A model generated the notes under the pieces. It saw nothing but the letters and a program-made list of their open reading frames with translations. It searched no databases and was not told the origin of the DNA. A stretch of DNA of 64,000 nucleotides from Eledone cirrhosa (Eukaryota). Below are positions 12,442 to 27,929 of this stretch, piece after piece. Numbering within the stretch: the stretch's first letter is position 1; each line of letters begins with the position of its first letter. The translations under genes were made by a program, and so were the position numbers. The stretch spans positions 84,816,001-84,880,000 of the forward strand of contig OZ024744.1 in NCBI GenBank assembly GCA_964016885.1, read 5' to 3'.

Positions 12442-13268
12442 GACGCGCTCGGAGAAACTCTGGGCGTAGAGGAAGATGAACTGGCCAGTCTGTTCGGTAG
12501 GACCTTCCGCCCGGGACCGAAGGACAACTTCCAAATGTCCCTGGCCTGGCAGTGCTACCGAGGAGCTCTACCAGTTCGAGACAAGCTCTACAGACATGGG
12601 CGCCCGGGCAGGGACCCTGCAAAAAAGATCTGTCCGAGGTGCGTGCGAGACGAAGAAACCGTCGCGCACGCATTCTTACACTGCCCGGGCGTCACCGACC
12701 TGTGGGGCTATATCGCGAGTGGGACCAATCCGGTTGACCACCGAGTCCATTGTCATGATCAAACCGCCACCCTCCTTCAAAAACGAAGGAGAGGCGGTTT
12801 TCCTTTGTGTGATAGCTATGGCGAAAGAGGTTGTATGGTGGACAAGGTTGAAAGGGCTGAGGTCAGACACCTTTCTCTCCGGCCAACAACTGATTCTTTT
12901 TTTCAAATACCACTTTGGAATAAGAATCAGGATGGAGAGAGAGGTGCTGTACCCCAGCAAGTTTTATGAAAGGTGGGTGAAAGTGGCGAGAATGGCCCGA
13001 GTGAATGGGCCTTCTCTCTATATCAGCCTGTAGGTTGAGGAAAAGGAGGAGGAGAGGAAAGGAGTACAAACTCTTCGTACTCCTGGAGATGAGGGTTGCA
13101 CATTTTTTCGGGGTATGTGTCGCCCATATGAACTGTCTCCCCCTATTGGGGAAAATCGATTAACTTTTAAATTACATTTGTGATAATATTTTACACGTTT
13201 TTATTTTATGTAAACTTCTCCCTTTGTATTTGTCCCCTTCTTTTGTGCCCCTGTGGCTAATAAAGAAA
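12441..13268 (+). mobile_element. 5'-truncated copy of the Tx1/L1-type LINE (C-terminal zinc-binding region + 3' UTR)
   Basis: Near-identical to 37555-38395, encodes 'CPRCVRDEETVAHAFLHC'. Flanked by (TATC)n. Confidence 0.9.
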
Positions 13269-13391
13269 CATATCTATCTATCTATCTGAGTGTCTATCTA
13301 TCTGTCTATCTATATATCTATATCTAATGCTATGTTTATCTATACACGCAGACGCACATTCACACACACACATAGCCCCCCCCCCCTCCCT

Positions 13392-13447
<56 letters not shown>

Positions 13448-14735
13448 AAAATACACACACACACGCACACACACTCACACACACACAGACACACCGATGT
13501 GAACATTTTACCAGAAGTGGCTCATAAAGTTATTTCTTGGCTTCAGATTCAATAACGTTGGAGAAGGAAAAGTTTTTCAAAAATGATGATTCTGCATTTA
13601 TATAGGATGTTTATCTATTAGAGGAGGCCCGTAGCCTAGTGGTAAGTTTGTCTGGAGGCGCGTGTCCTAGTGGTAAAGATGTTGGTCTAACGATCATAAT
13701 GTCGGAGGTACGATTCCTTGTCTGGGTTATGTGTTGTGTTCTTGAGCAAAACACTTCATTTGACTTTGCTCCACAGAAGCTAGAATGAGCACCAGTCTGA
13801 TAATCGTCCAAGTTCGAGTCAGACTTTAGATTTTTATTTTTCCATGCGATCTACTAAATATATCTCAGTTGTGTTTGTCTTACCCACCATCGAATCTTTC
13901 ATCCACTGGTTTGTTACCCCCCCCCCACACACACACACACACTGGAGTTCTTTCATCGCATCGCTCACTTTTTGCCATGCTGATATTGATATACTATATT
14001 AATATTAAAAATCGATATTTTGCCGCGTTAATGTCACCCAACGTAGGATAAACCTATAAGTGTCACGTACATCCCCTTCCCACCTTCACACCTTCCTTGG
14101 CTCCTATAATAGTTTCTGATTTAAGGACAGGGTCAGCAAATTGAGATGACTCGAAATGGAGATTATATGAGCTCCCAGACTACAACTATTTCATCGACCC
14201 CGGAAAGATAAAAGACAAAGTTGAACTCGTCGGGACATGAATTCAGTATGTAAAGGACTGTGACTATTGTATATACAGCAAATCATTTTGTCCGACGCTC
14301 TAACGATTCTATTAATCCATCACACTTCTGATTCTATTAATTATTTCTACCTGTAGCACAAAGCCAGCAATTTGAAAGGAAGAGGAAAATCGATTAAATC
14401 GACCCCAGTATTTTTATTGGTACTTCAGTTTACCGACCCCGGAAAAATGAATGATAAAGTTAACTTCGGCAGGATTTGAAATTAGAAAGTAAAGGAACGT
14501 AAATAAATGTCGTAAAGCATTTTGGCCGATGCTCTACCGACACTGCCAATACACCGCCCTACTTGGTTCATGTAGAGTTAAATCTGATCAGTAATTGTAC
14601 TTCCTACATCTTGAACATCTATAACAACCTTAATGAACCGAAACAGCAGTGATTTTCAGAGATTGACTGAGGAGATAGGAATGTCGGTCTTTACGTTGTT
14701 TTTTCCATTGTCTTTGTCCTATTTTAAATTCATAT

Positions 14736-14800
<65 letters not shown>

Positions 14801-15037
14801 TATATATATACATTGCAAGAGATGTCAACATGAATGGACCTGTTATTTTTATCTAAAGACATTTTTTCCAATTCCAACCCGCCCGTCCCCTCAATCTAAC
14901 TTATTTCTTATTCTTTCTTCTGATGAAGGACTAGCGTCCGGAACGTTAAGACCCTCTTCCTGCTATATCAACATTAACCTAATATATCCCTTCCATATAC
15001 TGTACCGATTGTGTTGTTATTTCTGTTTACCGTTTAC

Positions 15038-15068
<31 letters not shown>

Positions 15069-15240
15069 TCGTTTCTGAATTTGTTTAGCAAGATTCTTTA
15101 TCTGAAAACGTGTGTTGAAACCGATATGTTATACTTTGGGAGGGTCATGTTGCCAATAAGAAACACACGCACCAGTTGCTTTCACTCCAATTTATTATGA
15201 ATTAAAATTTTTTTATAATATATATATATATATTTATATA

Positions 15241-15277
<37 letters not shown>

Positions 15278-15659
15278 TTATTAAAATAACAGATTAAAGT
15301 TTAAGGAAAGAATCGCTGCTTTCACCCTTAACGGGATAAATCATTCGGTTTCCTAAATAGAAAACTGTAAGTCCGGTATTGAAAAAAAAAAAAAAAAAAT
15401 CACAAGGGATTGACACTCCAAATTCACTATTCTCCTTTTACTTTGCTCCACTTTTCAAATTAAATGACACGAGGGTTCAGTTATATTCAAATATTGTAAG
15501 CGCGTCCATTGAGAATATCGTTACGATGTTTGCGAAAATGTAAAACAAATCTTTATATCCCAGACAGAAATTTGACTTTTATTTCTGGATATTTTTTTTT
15601 AATATAATTATCTGGTGGTGGATTTTGTATTTCGCTCTATATCTTCACCATTAACAAGA

Positions 15660-18600
15660 GGAAGGCAACGACGACAACAGTGTCATTAACAACAACAACT
15701 CTACCATTAACAAGAGGAAGCCAACCCCAACATCAGTGACTCACCACCAGCCACTAGGTCCTATGACAAACTGCTCAGTTGCTCGCATGTGCGCGTGCTG
15801 AACTCTGGGTCTTTCCGCTGGGAACAACCCCTTGTTTTCTCCCCCCCCCCACTTTTTTTGTGTACATCCATCCATGCACTCATTCATTTGCTGCCATTAT
15901 ACCTTCCTGTGTCTCCCCCTACATGCATCCCCTTTTCGCTCTCGTTTTCTGGCACCTCCATATATATAGGTGAGCTATGCGGCCCTCTTACCAGCACTTT
16001 CCCTTCCATCCACACACACCAGTCACCCACCCCTGATGCCGCTCGGTGCCCCAGTCCCCGGCCCCACGCCCCATCCCCCATCCCTCAAAATCGACACCTG
16101 CAGCACTTGTGGCACCACTAACAAACGGAAGAGGGCCTGGAACTGTTTGGGGTGCGGCTGATTCCACCACCTCACCTGCGTTGGCTTGACTCGTCGAGCT
16201 TCCAATGCCCTCGCAGAGTGGAGGTGCGGGAGCTGCCTCTTCCCCACGTCTTCACAGCCATGGCCGCCTGGCACACCACCAGATGGGACAGCGAGCTTGC
16301 CTGACGCCCGAGCCTCGCTGGTCAACAACGCTCGGCTCAGGCGGCTCCGGAAGATCCCACTCAGGATCCCGAGAGCGACACGGGTGCCGGTAGCCGATGC
16401 CCTCGCTTCTTCGATTGAGAGCGCCCTGGACTCCAATCGAGCCAGTGACTGGGAGCGGCTGTTCTATTTCGGCCCACTCGCCCTCGGCCTCCCCAGCTCT
16501 GGCGCTGACCGGGCGGCCGGTCAACAGCAGCCTTCGTCAAGGCCAATGTCTCGTCATTGGGGCGAGCGCCCATTCCAAGCGTGCCCAGGGACGCCACACA
16601 CCCCACCCTCAAGTACCCCCCTATCCTCCACCCCCAGGGCCAGCGCCAAGCGTTTGCGTGACCAGGTAAACGCTAAGCTTATCATGGGTGATGTCTCGGT
16701 CGCAGTCAGAGGTGTTGCCTCAGAGGACACTGTCCTCCAACCCACTGAGGAGGTCCTGCTTTCTCTGCGGCTCAAACACCCTGAGTCACCCACTGATCTC
16801 AGACCCATACCCCCACCGTCCCCACTTGCTCCTTGTAGCTACTGATGCAGATATCATGTCCGCCATCAGGTCCTTCCCAGCTAGCAGCTGCGGAGGTGTT
16901 GATGGTCTCCGACCAGGCCACCTCAAGGAGTTGAAATCTCCGCTGAGGCCGGGCGCCGCCTTCTGAGTGCAATTGTGACGCTCACCAATAGGCTCATTAA
17001 TGATGCCCTCGACCCTTACGCCCGAGGCCTCATTTTTTCGGCCAGCCTCACCGCTCTCAGGAAGAAAGAGGGTGGTATACGCCCCATTGCTGTGGGCAAT
17101 GTCTTCCGGATGCAGGCTGCCAAGGTGATCTGCAAATCCGTCACACACCCGAACTGGGTGAGGAGTTTAGTCCGGTGCAACTGGGTGTCGGCGTGTCCGG
17201 TGGCAGAGAGGGAGCCGCTCATGCAATCAGGCAGTTCTTCAGCAGCTGCCCATCGGTACCGGCATCCAGGGACTCCAGGCACCTTATTGTCAAGCTTGAT
17301 ATGAGGAATGCCTTTAACTCTTTACGCCGGGATCATCTGCTCGAGGCCTGCCTCAGCCGAGCCCCCTCTGCCTACCCGCTGGCCTACCTGTCATATGGAG
17401 CCCCGAGCATGCTCCTAGCTACTGATACGGTCATATCCTCGCCTACTGGGGTCCAACAGGGCGAGCCTTTGGGACCCCTCCTGTTCGCCCTTGGTATTGA
17501 CTACATCGCCCGGAGTATCACGGCCCCTCTCAACGTTTGGTATCTGGATGATGCTACGTTGGGCGGGCCCGTACGGACGGTCTGCCATGACCTTCAATCG
17601 GTGATTCCTGCCCTGGCGGGAATCGGCCTCCAGATCAACTCGGACAAGTCGGAGGTGGTGAACGTCAGCCTCGATGCTGCGAGCTTTGCAGCCTCCGTCT
17701 TGGACGTGCGGTCCATTCTATGCCAGGTTCAGGTGACCCCCCAAAGAGGATGTCGTCATCCTCGGGTCACCGATCCATCCGCCGGCCATCCGCTCCACCA
17801 TCAGGTCCAGTCTTCAACAGCTCCAGACTCTCACGAGCCGACTGAGCTTGATTGACGGCCACCCAGCTCTCTTTCTGCTGAGCAAATGCTTCGCCATGCC
17901 GAATCTACTCTATACACTCCGCAGCCCTCCATGCTACACCCAGATATCTCTCCTCGCTGACCTCGATACTTGTATCCGAGCAGCAGCCGAGGGGATATGC
18001 AACGTCAAGTTTGACGACATATGGTGGCAACAGGCCACTTTACCGGTCAGGTATGGCGGCCTTGGCCTCCGGTCCCCGATCTCACTAGCTTTGCCGGCGT
18101 ATCTTTCGTCGGTAACCTCTAACCTCGTGCCACGTCCTCGTCAGCAGGGTTCTTCAAAACACAACAGAGAACTTGAGACCGCCTGTGAGACGTGGGACCG
18201 GCTGGGACTTAGCCCAGTGAACGTTTCACCTCCTTCTCCCCCTGTTGACGTCAAGTCCACCCAACGCACTTGGGTTGCCATCCAGTGCAGCCTGGCCTCA
18301 GACAGGCTCACGCGCCAGCTTGCTTGCTTGTTTTCGTGCGGCCTACAAACCCCACAGTGGTGCCTGGCTCCATGCCCTGCCCTCCTTCTCCACTGGCACG
18401 CAGCGAGACAACCATAGCATGCGAATCGGCGTTTCCCTGAGGCTCGGCCTCCGGATCTGCCAGCCACACCAATTTCGCTTCGCTTCCACCGTGGACTCTT
18501 TCGGCCTCCACCCGCTTTCCTGTCGCCACAGTGCGGGCCGCCTTCCACGCCATGCTGCCCTCGACGAGGTCATTAAGCATGGCTTGGACGCTGCAGGCTT

Positions 18601-19114
18601 CCCTTCCCAGCTCTAGCCGTTGGGGATGGATCAAGAGGACGGCAAAAGGCCAGAAGGCATGACCATCTTCCCGTTCCGCTGTGGCAAACCGCTCGTCTGG
18701 GATGCCACTTGCACCGACACTTTCTTCAGACGCAACCTGGTGCAGTCTGTGACTGACCCAGGTTCTGCTGCACGTCGGGCTGAAGGGGCCAAACTCCTCA
18801 AATACCGGTCGCTCTCAGACAGGTTTGCGGTCGTTCCTCTGGCAGTGGAGACTGCTGGTGTCCTCGTCCCCAGGGCTACATCCTTACTCACCACCATAGG
18901 CGCTGAGCTGGCCAGCCGCAGGTGTGAGACCCGCGAGTTGGAGTGGCTTTTCCAGCGCGTCTCCCTTGCCGTCCTCCGGGGAAACGCCTTCTCCATTCTG
19001 TCCACCGGGACTGTGGATGGGCCCCATCGCGTACCATTACGTTAGTTAAATACCATTCTTTCATCCCAGTAGAGTTAAATGAACGTTTGTGGTTCTAGCA
19101 GAAAAAAAAAAAAA
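15660..19114 (+). mobile_element. CRE-clade-like non-LTR retrotransposon (PHD finger, RT, zinc knuckle/RLE), decayed by stops and frameshifts; 5' boundary uncertain
   Basis: RT motifs 'GGIRPIAVGNVFR', 'KLDMRNAFNS', 'GVQQGEPLGPLLF', 'WYLDD'; then 'QATLPVRYGGLG', 'GAWLHALP', 'RHAALDEV'; RLE-like 'KRPEG...WDATCTDT...K..KY...PLAVET.G'; poly(A) at 19102-19114. Confidence 0.85.
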
Positions 19115-19181
19115 GAAGAAGATCCCGTTAAGGTTGAAAGCAGCGATTCTTTGCTTAAACTTTAATCTGTTATTTTATTAA

Positions 19182-20013
<832 letters not shown>

Positions 20014-20205
20014 CGTTTCTGAATTTGTTTAGCAAGATTCTTTATCTGAAAACGTGTGTTGAAACCGATATTGTTATGCTTTGGGAGGGTCATGTTGCCA
20101 ATAAGAAACACACTATATATATATATATATAGGAAAAAGTTTAAGACCCCCGACGGCAGAGCTCGAGCCGTTTCGACGGCTATTTCTGGACAATTAGTGC
20201 CTTCG

Positions 20206-20256
<51 letters not shown>

Positions 20257-20265
<9 letters not shown>

Positions 20266-21245
20266 TACATGAATCAAAGTTCTGTTTAAACCATTTATTC
20301 GCTTACAATTGTTTCTTCCAAACCGAGGTTTGGAGTCTTCGGAGCAATTTTTCAATGATTTTGTACATACTTGACCTCATTTCCAACACAAGAGACATAC
20401 AGAAACATATGTATATATTGATGCACAGTGGGTTGACATCCATTATAATATTATAGTATGGCAATTTACATTCAAAGATTAAAGTCATATTAAAGAACAA
20501 AATTCAAGTTAAAATACAACATTAGCAGTTTACGAAGATAAAGCAAGAGGATAGTTTGAAGTAGTTAGTGTATGCAATAGTTACACGTGGGGTATGCACG
20601 TGTGTCTTATTTATATAAGATTATAGTGCGGCACGGTGTTATATGTAATACAAGCACTTTAAGCAGGCAATCAAGAGTATTATGGGGGTTGTATTGGTAA
20701 ATACAACCCCCAATAATAAATAATAAATAATAAATACAACCCCCATAATACTCTTGATTGCCCGCTTAAAGTGCTTGTATTTCATATAACACCCTGCCGC
20801 ACTATAATCTTATATAAATAAGACACACGTGTAACTATTGCATACACTAACTACTTCAAACTATCCTCTTGCTTTATCTTCGTAAACTGCCAATGTTGTA
20901 TTTTAACTTTAATTTTGTTCTTTCATGTGACTTTAATCTTTGAATATAAATTGCCATGCTATAATATTATAATGGATGTCAACCCACTGTGCATCAATAT
21001 ATACATATGTTTCTGTATGTCTCTTGTGTTGGAAATGAGGTCAAGTATGTAAAAAATCATTGAAAAATTGCTCCGAAGACTTCAAACCTCGGTTTGGAAG
21101 AAACAATTGTAAGCGAATAAATGGTTTAAACAGAACTTTGATTCATATAATTTCTATATAACTGCTCTGTAGAACAACTGATGTTATTACATTGAGCTAT
21201 TTATCTTACTGGTAATAAGGTAGTAATAAATTACTGTCTTTCACT
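20257..21245. mobile_element. Penelope-like fold-back element, ~450-bp inverted arms
   Basis: 20257-~20700 is the reverse complement of ~20730-21160. Minimal hammerhead TTGCT-CCGAAGA-..TCAAACC-tc-GGTTTGG..-GAAA-CAATTG-TA-AGCGA at 21068-21116, followed by AATAAA. Confidence 0.75.
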
Positions 21246-21318
21246 ATTTACGGTTTAAAATATATATAACTATAAAAGGTTTTAGTATATACATAACCAT
21301 AAATAGTATCCTTAATAC

Positions 21319-21475
<157 letters not shown>

Positions 21476-21746
21476 CAAATATTGAGTTATAAACTCGAAA
21501 CAGTCTTTTACAATTAAATAGCTCAAAGAAGGGAATATTTCTGAGCCGTGTAATACAAATGAATATATGAGGGATGAACACCTATAGAATTATAGAAGTG
21601 TTCGTATTGCAAATGACCAAGTTAGCTAGGTTGAAAGCATACTAATTTAACATAATATGGTTTGCATGTCTCGATTTAAAATAATAAATCAATAAAAATA
21701 ACAAACCTATATTGGCAATATGGATGAATGTATGTATGTAAGTGTA

Positions 21747-21842
<96 letters not shown>

Positions 21843-21932
21843 AGGATTATCCTGTATAACCACCGTGGAAACATTTGTAAGCACACAGAATAAATTACCA
21901 TTTTATATGTCTACCTGTTATTATTCATTCTT

Positions 21933-22015
<83 letters not shown>

Positions 22016-22060
22016 AAATAACAGGAGGGTGGACTTGTGTAAACCCTTGAAAGGTTTATT

Positions 22061-22118
22061 ATACTATGATCATTTCAATGACCGGGTTCCGTATGAATCC
22101 GGTGATATCATCAGGTGT
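22061..22118 (-). ncRNA. Hammerhead motif with palindromic stem III; homologous repeat at 27415-27650 (motif 27464-27521)
   Basis: Minus strand: ACAC-CTGATGA-..ACCGGATTC-atacg-GAACCCGGT..-GAAA-TGATCA-TA-GTAT. The 27.5-kb copy has a perfect ATAC/GTAT stem I but GGAA in place of GAAA. Confidence 0.7.
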
Positions 22119-24734
22119 TCGAAATATAATAAATGAATGTAACAAATAAAATCCATGGGGCTGAAAATCATAGACCCGAGGACGACCGACCATCCAGCAT
22201 CTTCCACTTTAGCCGGTCGCCCTCAAGTGCTGGCTATCCGGTCTACTTAAGGCTATCTGGTGAGGGGGCGAAAGCTTATAATGTGCTACTAACCTCCCGG
22301 TCAAAGAGAAAAAAAAGACAGAAAGAAAGAAGAAAAGTCAGCGTAAATGTCATGCCACAATCAGGCTAGGTATTGCCGCGAAAAATGTTATTCTAAAGAA
22401 CCTATATCTTAACAGAGGTATATATTATAACAGAGGTATATATAGTGGGCGTCTGCATGGTATAATGTGTGAACAGAAAATTGAAACGTTAAATTTTTGT
22501 TTAGATTTATAGGATGAAATTTAAAAAATTAAATTAAAGGTTAAAATTATAAAATTTAAAAAATGAGAAAATTAAAAATTAAACAGTTAAAAAAAAAATT
22601 TATGATTTGGGTTGCGAGATTTAGTTAAAGAATTTACAGAGAGGGTCTTTTATGAAAAATTTTTAAGTGTATTATAGAGATCATCGATAAGTTTTCAGGG
22701 TGGGATATAGAGTAAAGATTAAGTCCTTGTTTAGCAGTCAAACAGCACGCGACGACTGCAGACTCCGGCCAGCCCATCCTAACCACGTGTCCGCCATTCC
22801 GAGTGAAACCGTCTAGCGAAAGATATGGAAATCAATTTTTCCGAGCACTCGAGGAATGTAACTGTTCTAGGCTTCGGGTGTGCTAGTGGGAAGTCAGCCA
22901 TTGTCGTTAGGCCATCGCTATACCAAACGAGTACTATTAATTTACACAGGAGGGGGATTTGTTTAAGTGCCAGTAGAGAGAGGCATGATACAGCTAATAG
23001 TTATGATTAGGCCTAGAATTTAAAGGTACTATATGGCGGTCAAAAACGGCGGCACGGCGGGCCCCGGGGCGAAGCAACCCGCTCCGAGTAATTTCATTTA
23101 CCGAAAGAAGGGGAAATTTATTTTTCCAAGCACTTAAGGGAGGCTTATGCAACAGGAGGCCGGTCTCGCAGCCAGGAAAACCAACACAACAGTCGGATCA
23201 TCGCGTGTAATCAATTATAAAACCCGATGAAAAGCACAAATAGACTATATCTAGGTCCCCGGATAGTCCGGGCTATAAGTATTGTGGTTCTCAGGGGGAG
23301 ATATTCTAGTGTCGTCTGCTAATGAGTACAATGATAAGTATTTAATGAGAGTAAAGCGAGTAAAAACCTAAATAAAAGGAGCAGTAAGCAAAAAACAAAA
23401 AACTAGATAGATAAATAAAAGCAGAATACGAAGATAAAAACATATTAATAAAGTAAAAAGGTAGAAATATATAAATATATAAATAAATAAATAAATAAAA
23501 CGCCGTCATAGCTAGGGTGGTGGTGGAGTAAAACGGAAGTATATAAGAACATATCGGAGAAATCAAAACACAGGGGAAATACAATATAGATAAAGTTGCA
23601 GTTAGATAATGCATATAGATATAGAGGATGGAAGAGATGGAATCAGTGTGTGTTCGAGCCTCAGAATTCTGTGTGAATTACAAAGGCCCTGAAGTATAGG
23701 GTAGAGAATTCAGTCAATACAGTACAGTACAATACAGGTTATGGTATAATCCGTAGAATTTTGTCGAAGTCTGAATATTCCGAGAGGGGAGTAGTATTGG
23801 GCCAGGTGGGCGGTAGACAAAGCGCAGAGTAGCCAAAATCCGAATGGTGATTAGATCTAGTCAGTCCCATGTCGCTGTTCATTATTACATTGGAAGTGCT
23901 CAACATTTCAGGAGCATTATTTATTTAGGGCGGTGGATTGGCAGTATCGGTAGAGGGTCGGACGCCATGCTTTCCAGCATAGGGTTACAGCCCTTTAGGG
24001 TCTGAGTTCAAATCCCGCCGAGGTTGACTTTGCCTTTCATCCTTACGGGGTCGATAAAATAAAGTACCAGTAATGCACTGGGTAATTGCTGGCCTTGTGC
24101 CTAAAGTAGAAACAATTATTTATTTAGGTTTGAAGGTTCACCAAAAAAAAAAAAAGCCTCACACTGTCCCCAAATGGGAAGGGGAGATCATCGTAAAAAA
24201 TAAAATGATATACACACAGGTCGTTGAACCCTGTTAAGAATACAAACCTCGTGTTAAGAACTCAACTGGATATGAACAAATAAATATATGTGCGTACTGT
24301 TTAAGTATACATAGAAATATTTTCTCAGGCAAAATAACAAATATGAGATACAGGAACAAACAATCAATATTCATATAACAAAATAAATATATAGATAGTC
24401 ATACCTAAATATCGGGAAACTTCATGTCTGGCCATCCCAGTGTATAATACTTAATACATTAATATATATATAAAGTATCGCGTGGTTAAAATCATACAAA
24501 TCGAATAAGAAATGTTTGGCTGATGGCGACAAAGAAAATGGAACGCAGACATTTGATTGCTAGAGATACGTTGTTTCGTTACTTTAAGATCGACACAACT
24601 AGCTCTAGTTTACAACGGAAACTAACAAATGGACAAAGGACATGACGATTAGATTTTCAGCTATGTACGAATAAGATAAATATACTACCAACCAATGAGC
24701 TGCAACTGAAAATCTCTCTCTCTCTTTCGCCCTA

Positions 24735-24824
<90 letters not shown>

Positions 24825-25414
24825 TGTAAATATGATAATAATGGAGCTGCGGCGCTGCAAATGGGTTACATATGAAAAAGTTTGTCCTCATCAGTGGCCT
24901 TCCAACCGTCGTAGGCATTTCGTCGCATTAAAGGCCATATACCTCAGGTTGGTGCGAGCAATGCATATATATATATATATATATATATGCATATATATAT
25001 ATAAATAAATATATATATAGAGAGAGAGGGAGAGTGAGAGAGAGAGGATAACAAAATATCGTTATAGGTAATCCAATTTGAGGTTGGGAATACTTCTTAT
25101 TATGGATATTTTAAGCGTACGGCGTTGTTTGACTCAACAAGAGGTTTACGTAGATGGCGAGTTTATGATTTCCCTTGTATTCCTATGTAAGTTTATCTTG
25201 GAGAAATAAAAATGAAAAAGAGGAGAATAACATGGTCAACAGTACAAAAAAGGAGATTTATTTACAGTCTAACAATTGCTTCACTGATAAAGTTGTCTAA
25301 AAACTGCTGATCACTGAGAGTAGTGCCACTCAATTTAAAATACATACATATGCATATATATATATATATGCATATATATATATATGCATATATATATATA
25401 TGCATATGTATGTA

Positions 25415-25530
<116 letters not shown>

Positions 25531-25596
25531 TACATACATATGCATATATATATATATATATATATGCATATATATATATATGCATATGTATGTATG

Positions 25597-25687
<91 letters not shown>

Positions 25688-26459
25688 ACATAAATATAAA
25701 TATAGCGTTCTCAGCAAAGCAATGAGCAATGGACAAAAGCAGATGATGACAAGAACAAAAAAAAATACGCGCTGGAACATCTACTATGACCGCCCATCTG
25801 ACCAACCGTTCATCTGACCACCCGCCTATCTGACTACCCGCCCACCCATATGTTGCTAATCTGATCCAATACTCTATTTGTTTATTAAAGAAGAAGAAGA
25901 CGTCCCCACCACAAAACAACAACAGCAACAACAACAACAACAACAACGACAATAAAAATGAAAAAAGTACACGAAAAAATCTAGAAATATACAAACAAAC
26001 AATAATAGAACAAGCTAAAATAAAGACAAAATTAAAATACAATGATTAAATAAAGAAACAATATAGGAATTAACAAAGAACATCACCAGAACATCCGCAT
26101 AAAATGAGGTTAATGAGGTTATTGTGGTAGATTGGCAGAATAGGTAGAGGGTCTGACGTCATGCTTTGCAGCATAGAGTTACGGCTCTTTATGATCTGAG
26201 TTCAAATCCCGCCGAGGTTAACTTTGCCTTTCATCCTTACGAGGGTCGTCGATAAAATAAAGTACCAGTTATACATTGAAGTAATTGCTGGCCTTGTGCC
26301 AAATGTAGAAACAATTATTGCGGTGCTATACACACACACAGAGACACACAGACACATACACGCAAACACATACACACAGACACATACACTCACATAACCA
26401 CCGACACACACACACACACACACAATCAAACACACACACATATATATATTTATATATAC

Positions 26460-26792
<333 letters not shown>

Positions 26793-27043
26793 GTTTGCTC
26801 TGATCTGATTAGTTTTGGGAATTCTACCTGTTTTTATGTTAAAAAAGTGGCTCCAGCGTTATTTTTGTGTTGCAAACATTCTTGTGGTCAAAACAATTTT
26901 GATTGGTCGGTAGAGGTCATGTGAATGTAAAAAGTTGATTTTGCGCCAAGACTGTTTTTATGTTAAAAAAGTGGCTCCAGCAATTTTCACAGTTTGCAAT
27001 TTTCACAGTTGAAAATTGCAAACTTGACTGTCACCACAGAATA

Positions 27044-27082
27044 TGAACCTGAAGATTGCGAAAGCATGGAAGTACTTGTTCA
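27044..27082 (+). ncRNA. Minimal hammerhead motif (core mutation GAAA>GGAA)
   Basis: TGAAC-CTGAAGA-T-TGC-gaaa-GCA-T-GGAA-GTAC-TT-GTTCA. Perfect stem I and palindromic stem III. Confidence 0.6.
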
Positions 27083-27228
27083 ATTAACACTTAACATTTA
27101 ATATTCTACCATACTATTTCATTATAATATCATTATAATTTTAAAGGATTGTAAATAAAACGAGTAAATCAGACAAAGTTGGAATTCCTTTTATTAATAT
27201 AATCTTCTATAGACCATTATATACACCC

Positions 27229-27275
<47 letters not shown>

Positions 27276-27752
27276 GGTTTGTTGGTTCACCACTGGATAG
27301 AACTGGTCATTTCGTATGGTCAACCTCGATGTAATATTAGGGAGAGCATTCGACGTAATGCAACTCACCCGTCTTCTTTTGTGTAGTTGGTGGTGCGAGT
27401 ACGGAGTTAATTATTATAAAATAACAGGAGGCTAGACTGGTATAATTCCTTTAAAGGTTTATTATACTATGAACATTCCAATGACCAAGTTCAGTATGAA
27501 TCCGGTGACATCATCAGGTATTCGAAATATAACAAAGGAATATAATAGACAAAATCCATGGAGCTGAAAATCATAGGGCTGAAAATCAGAGACATAAGGG
27601 CGACCGAACATTTAGCAGCTTCTGCCCTGGTCGGCCGCCCTACACCAGCCTCCTGTTATTTTATATATACATGTGTGTGTGTGTGTGTACGTATATATAG
27701 TATTAATACATAAGGAACAAAGAATCAGTTGTGCGTCATATACATATTTATT

Positions 27753-27844
27753 ACATATTACATATGTTTCACTGTCGATCAGCTCGGGGAACGATCTCTT
27801 AATGATCGAACCTGACTCTATAATCGAAAGATCATCAGTTATGT
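27753..27844 (-). ncRNA. Hammerhead motif with long stem II and palindromic stem III
   Basis: Minus strand: ACATAA-CTGATGA-TCTTTCGAT...ATCGACAGT-GAAA-CATATG-TA-ATATGT, with one mismatch at the base of stem I. Confidence 0.6.
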
Positions 27845-27898
27845 TTTAATATGCAGGGTCTGCCCATTAACGCAATTAACTTGCACCGTAATACGTAT

Positions 27899-27929
<31 letters not shown>

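Noticed and set aside
23929-24020. tRNA-like A/B boxes in SINE heads
   Set aside because: No complete cloverleaf; these are part of SINEs, not tRNA genes.
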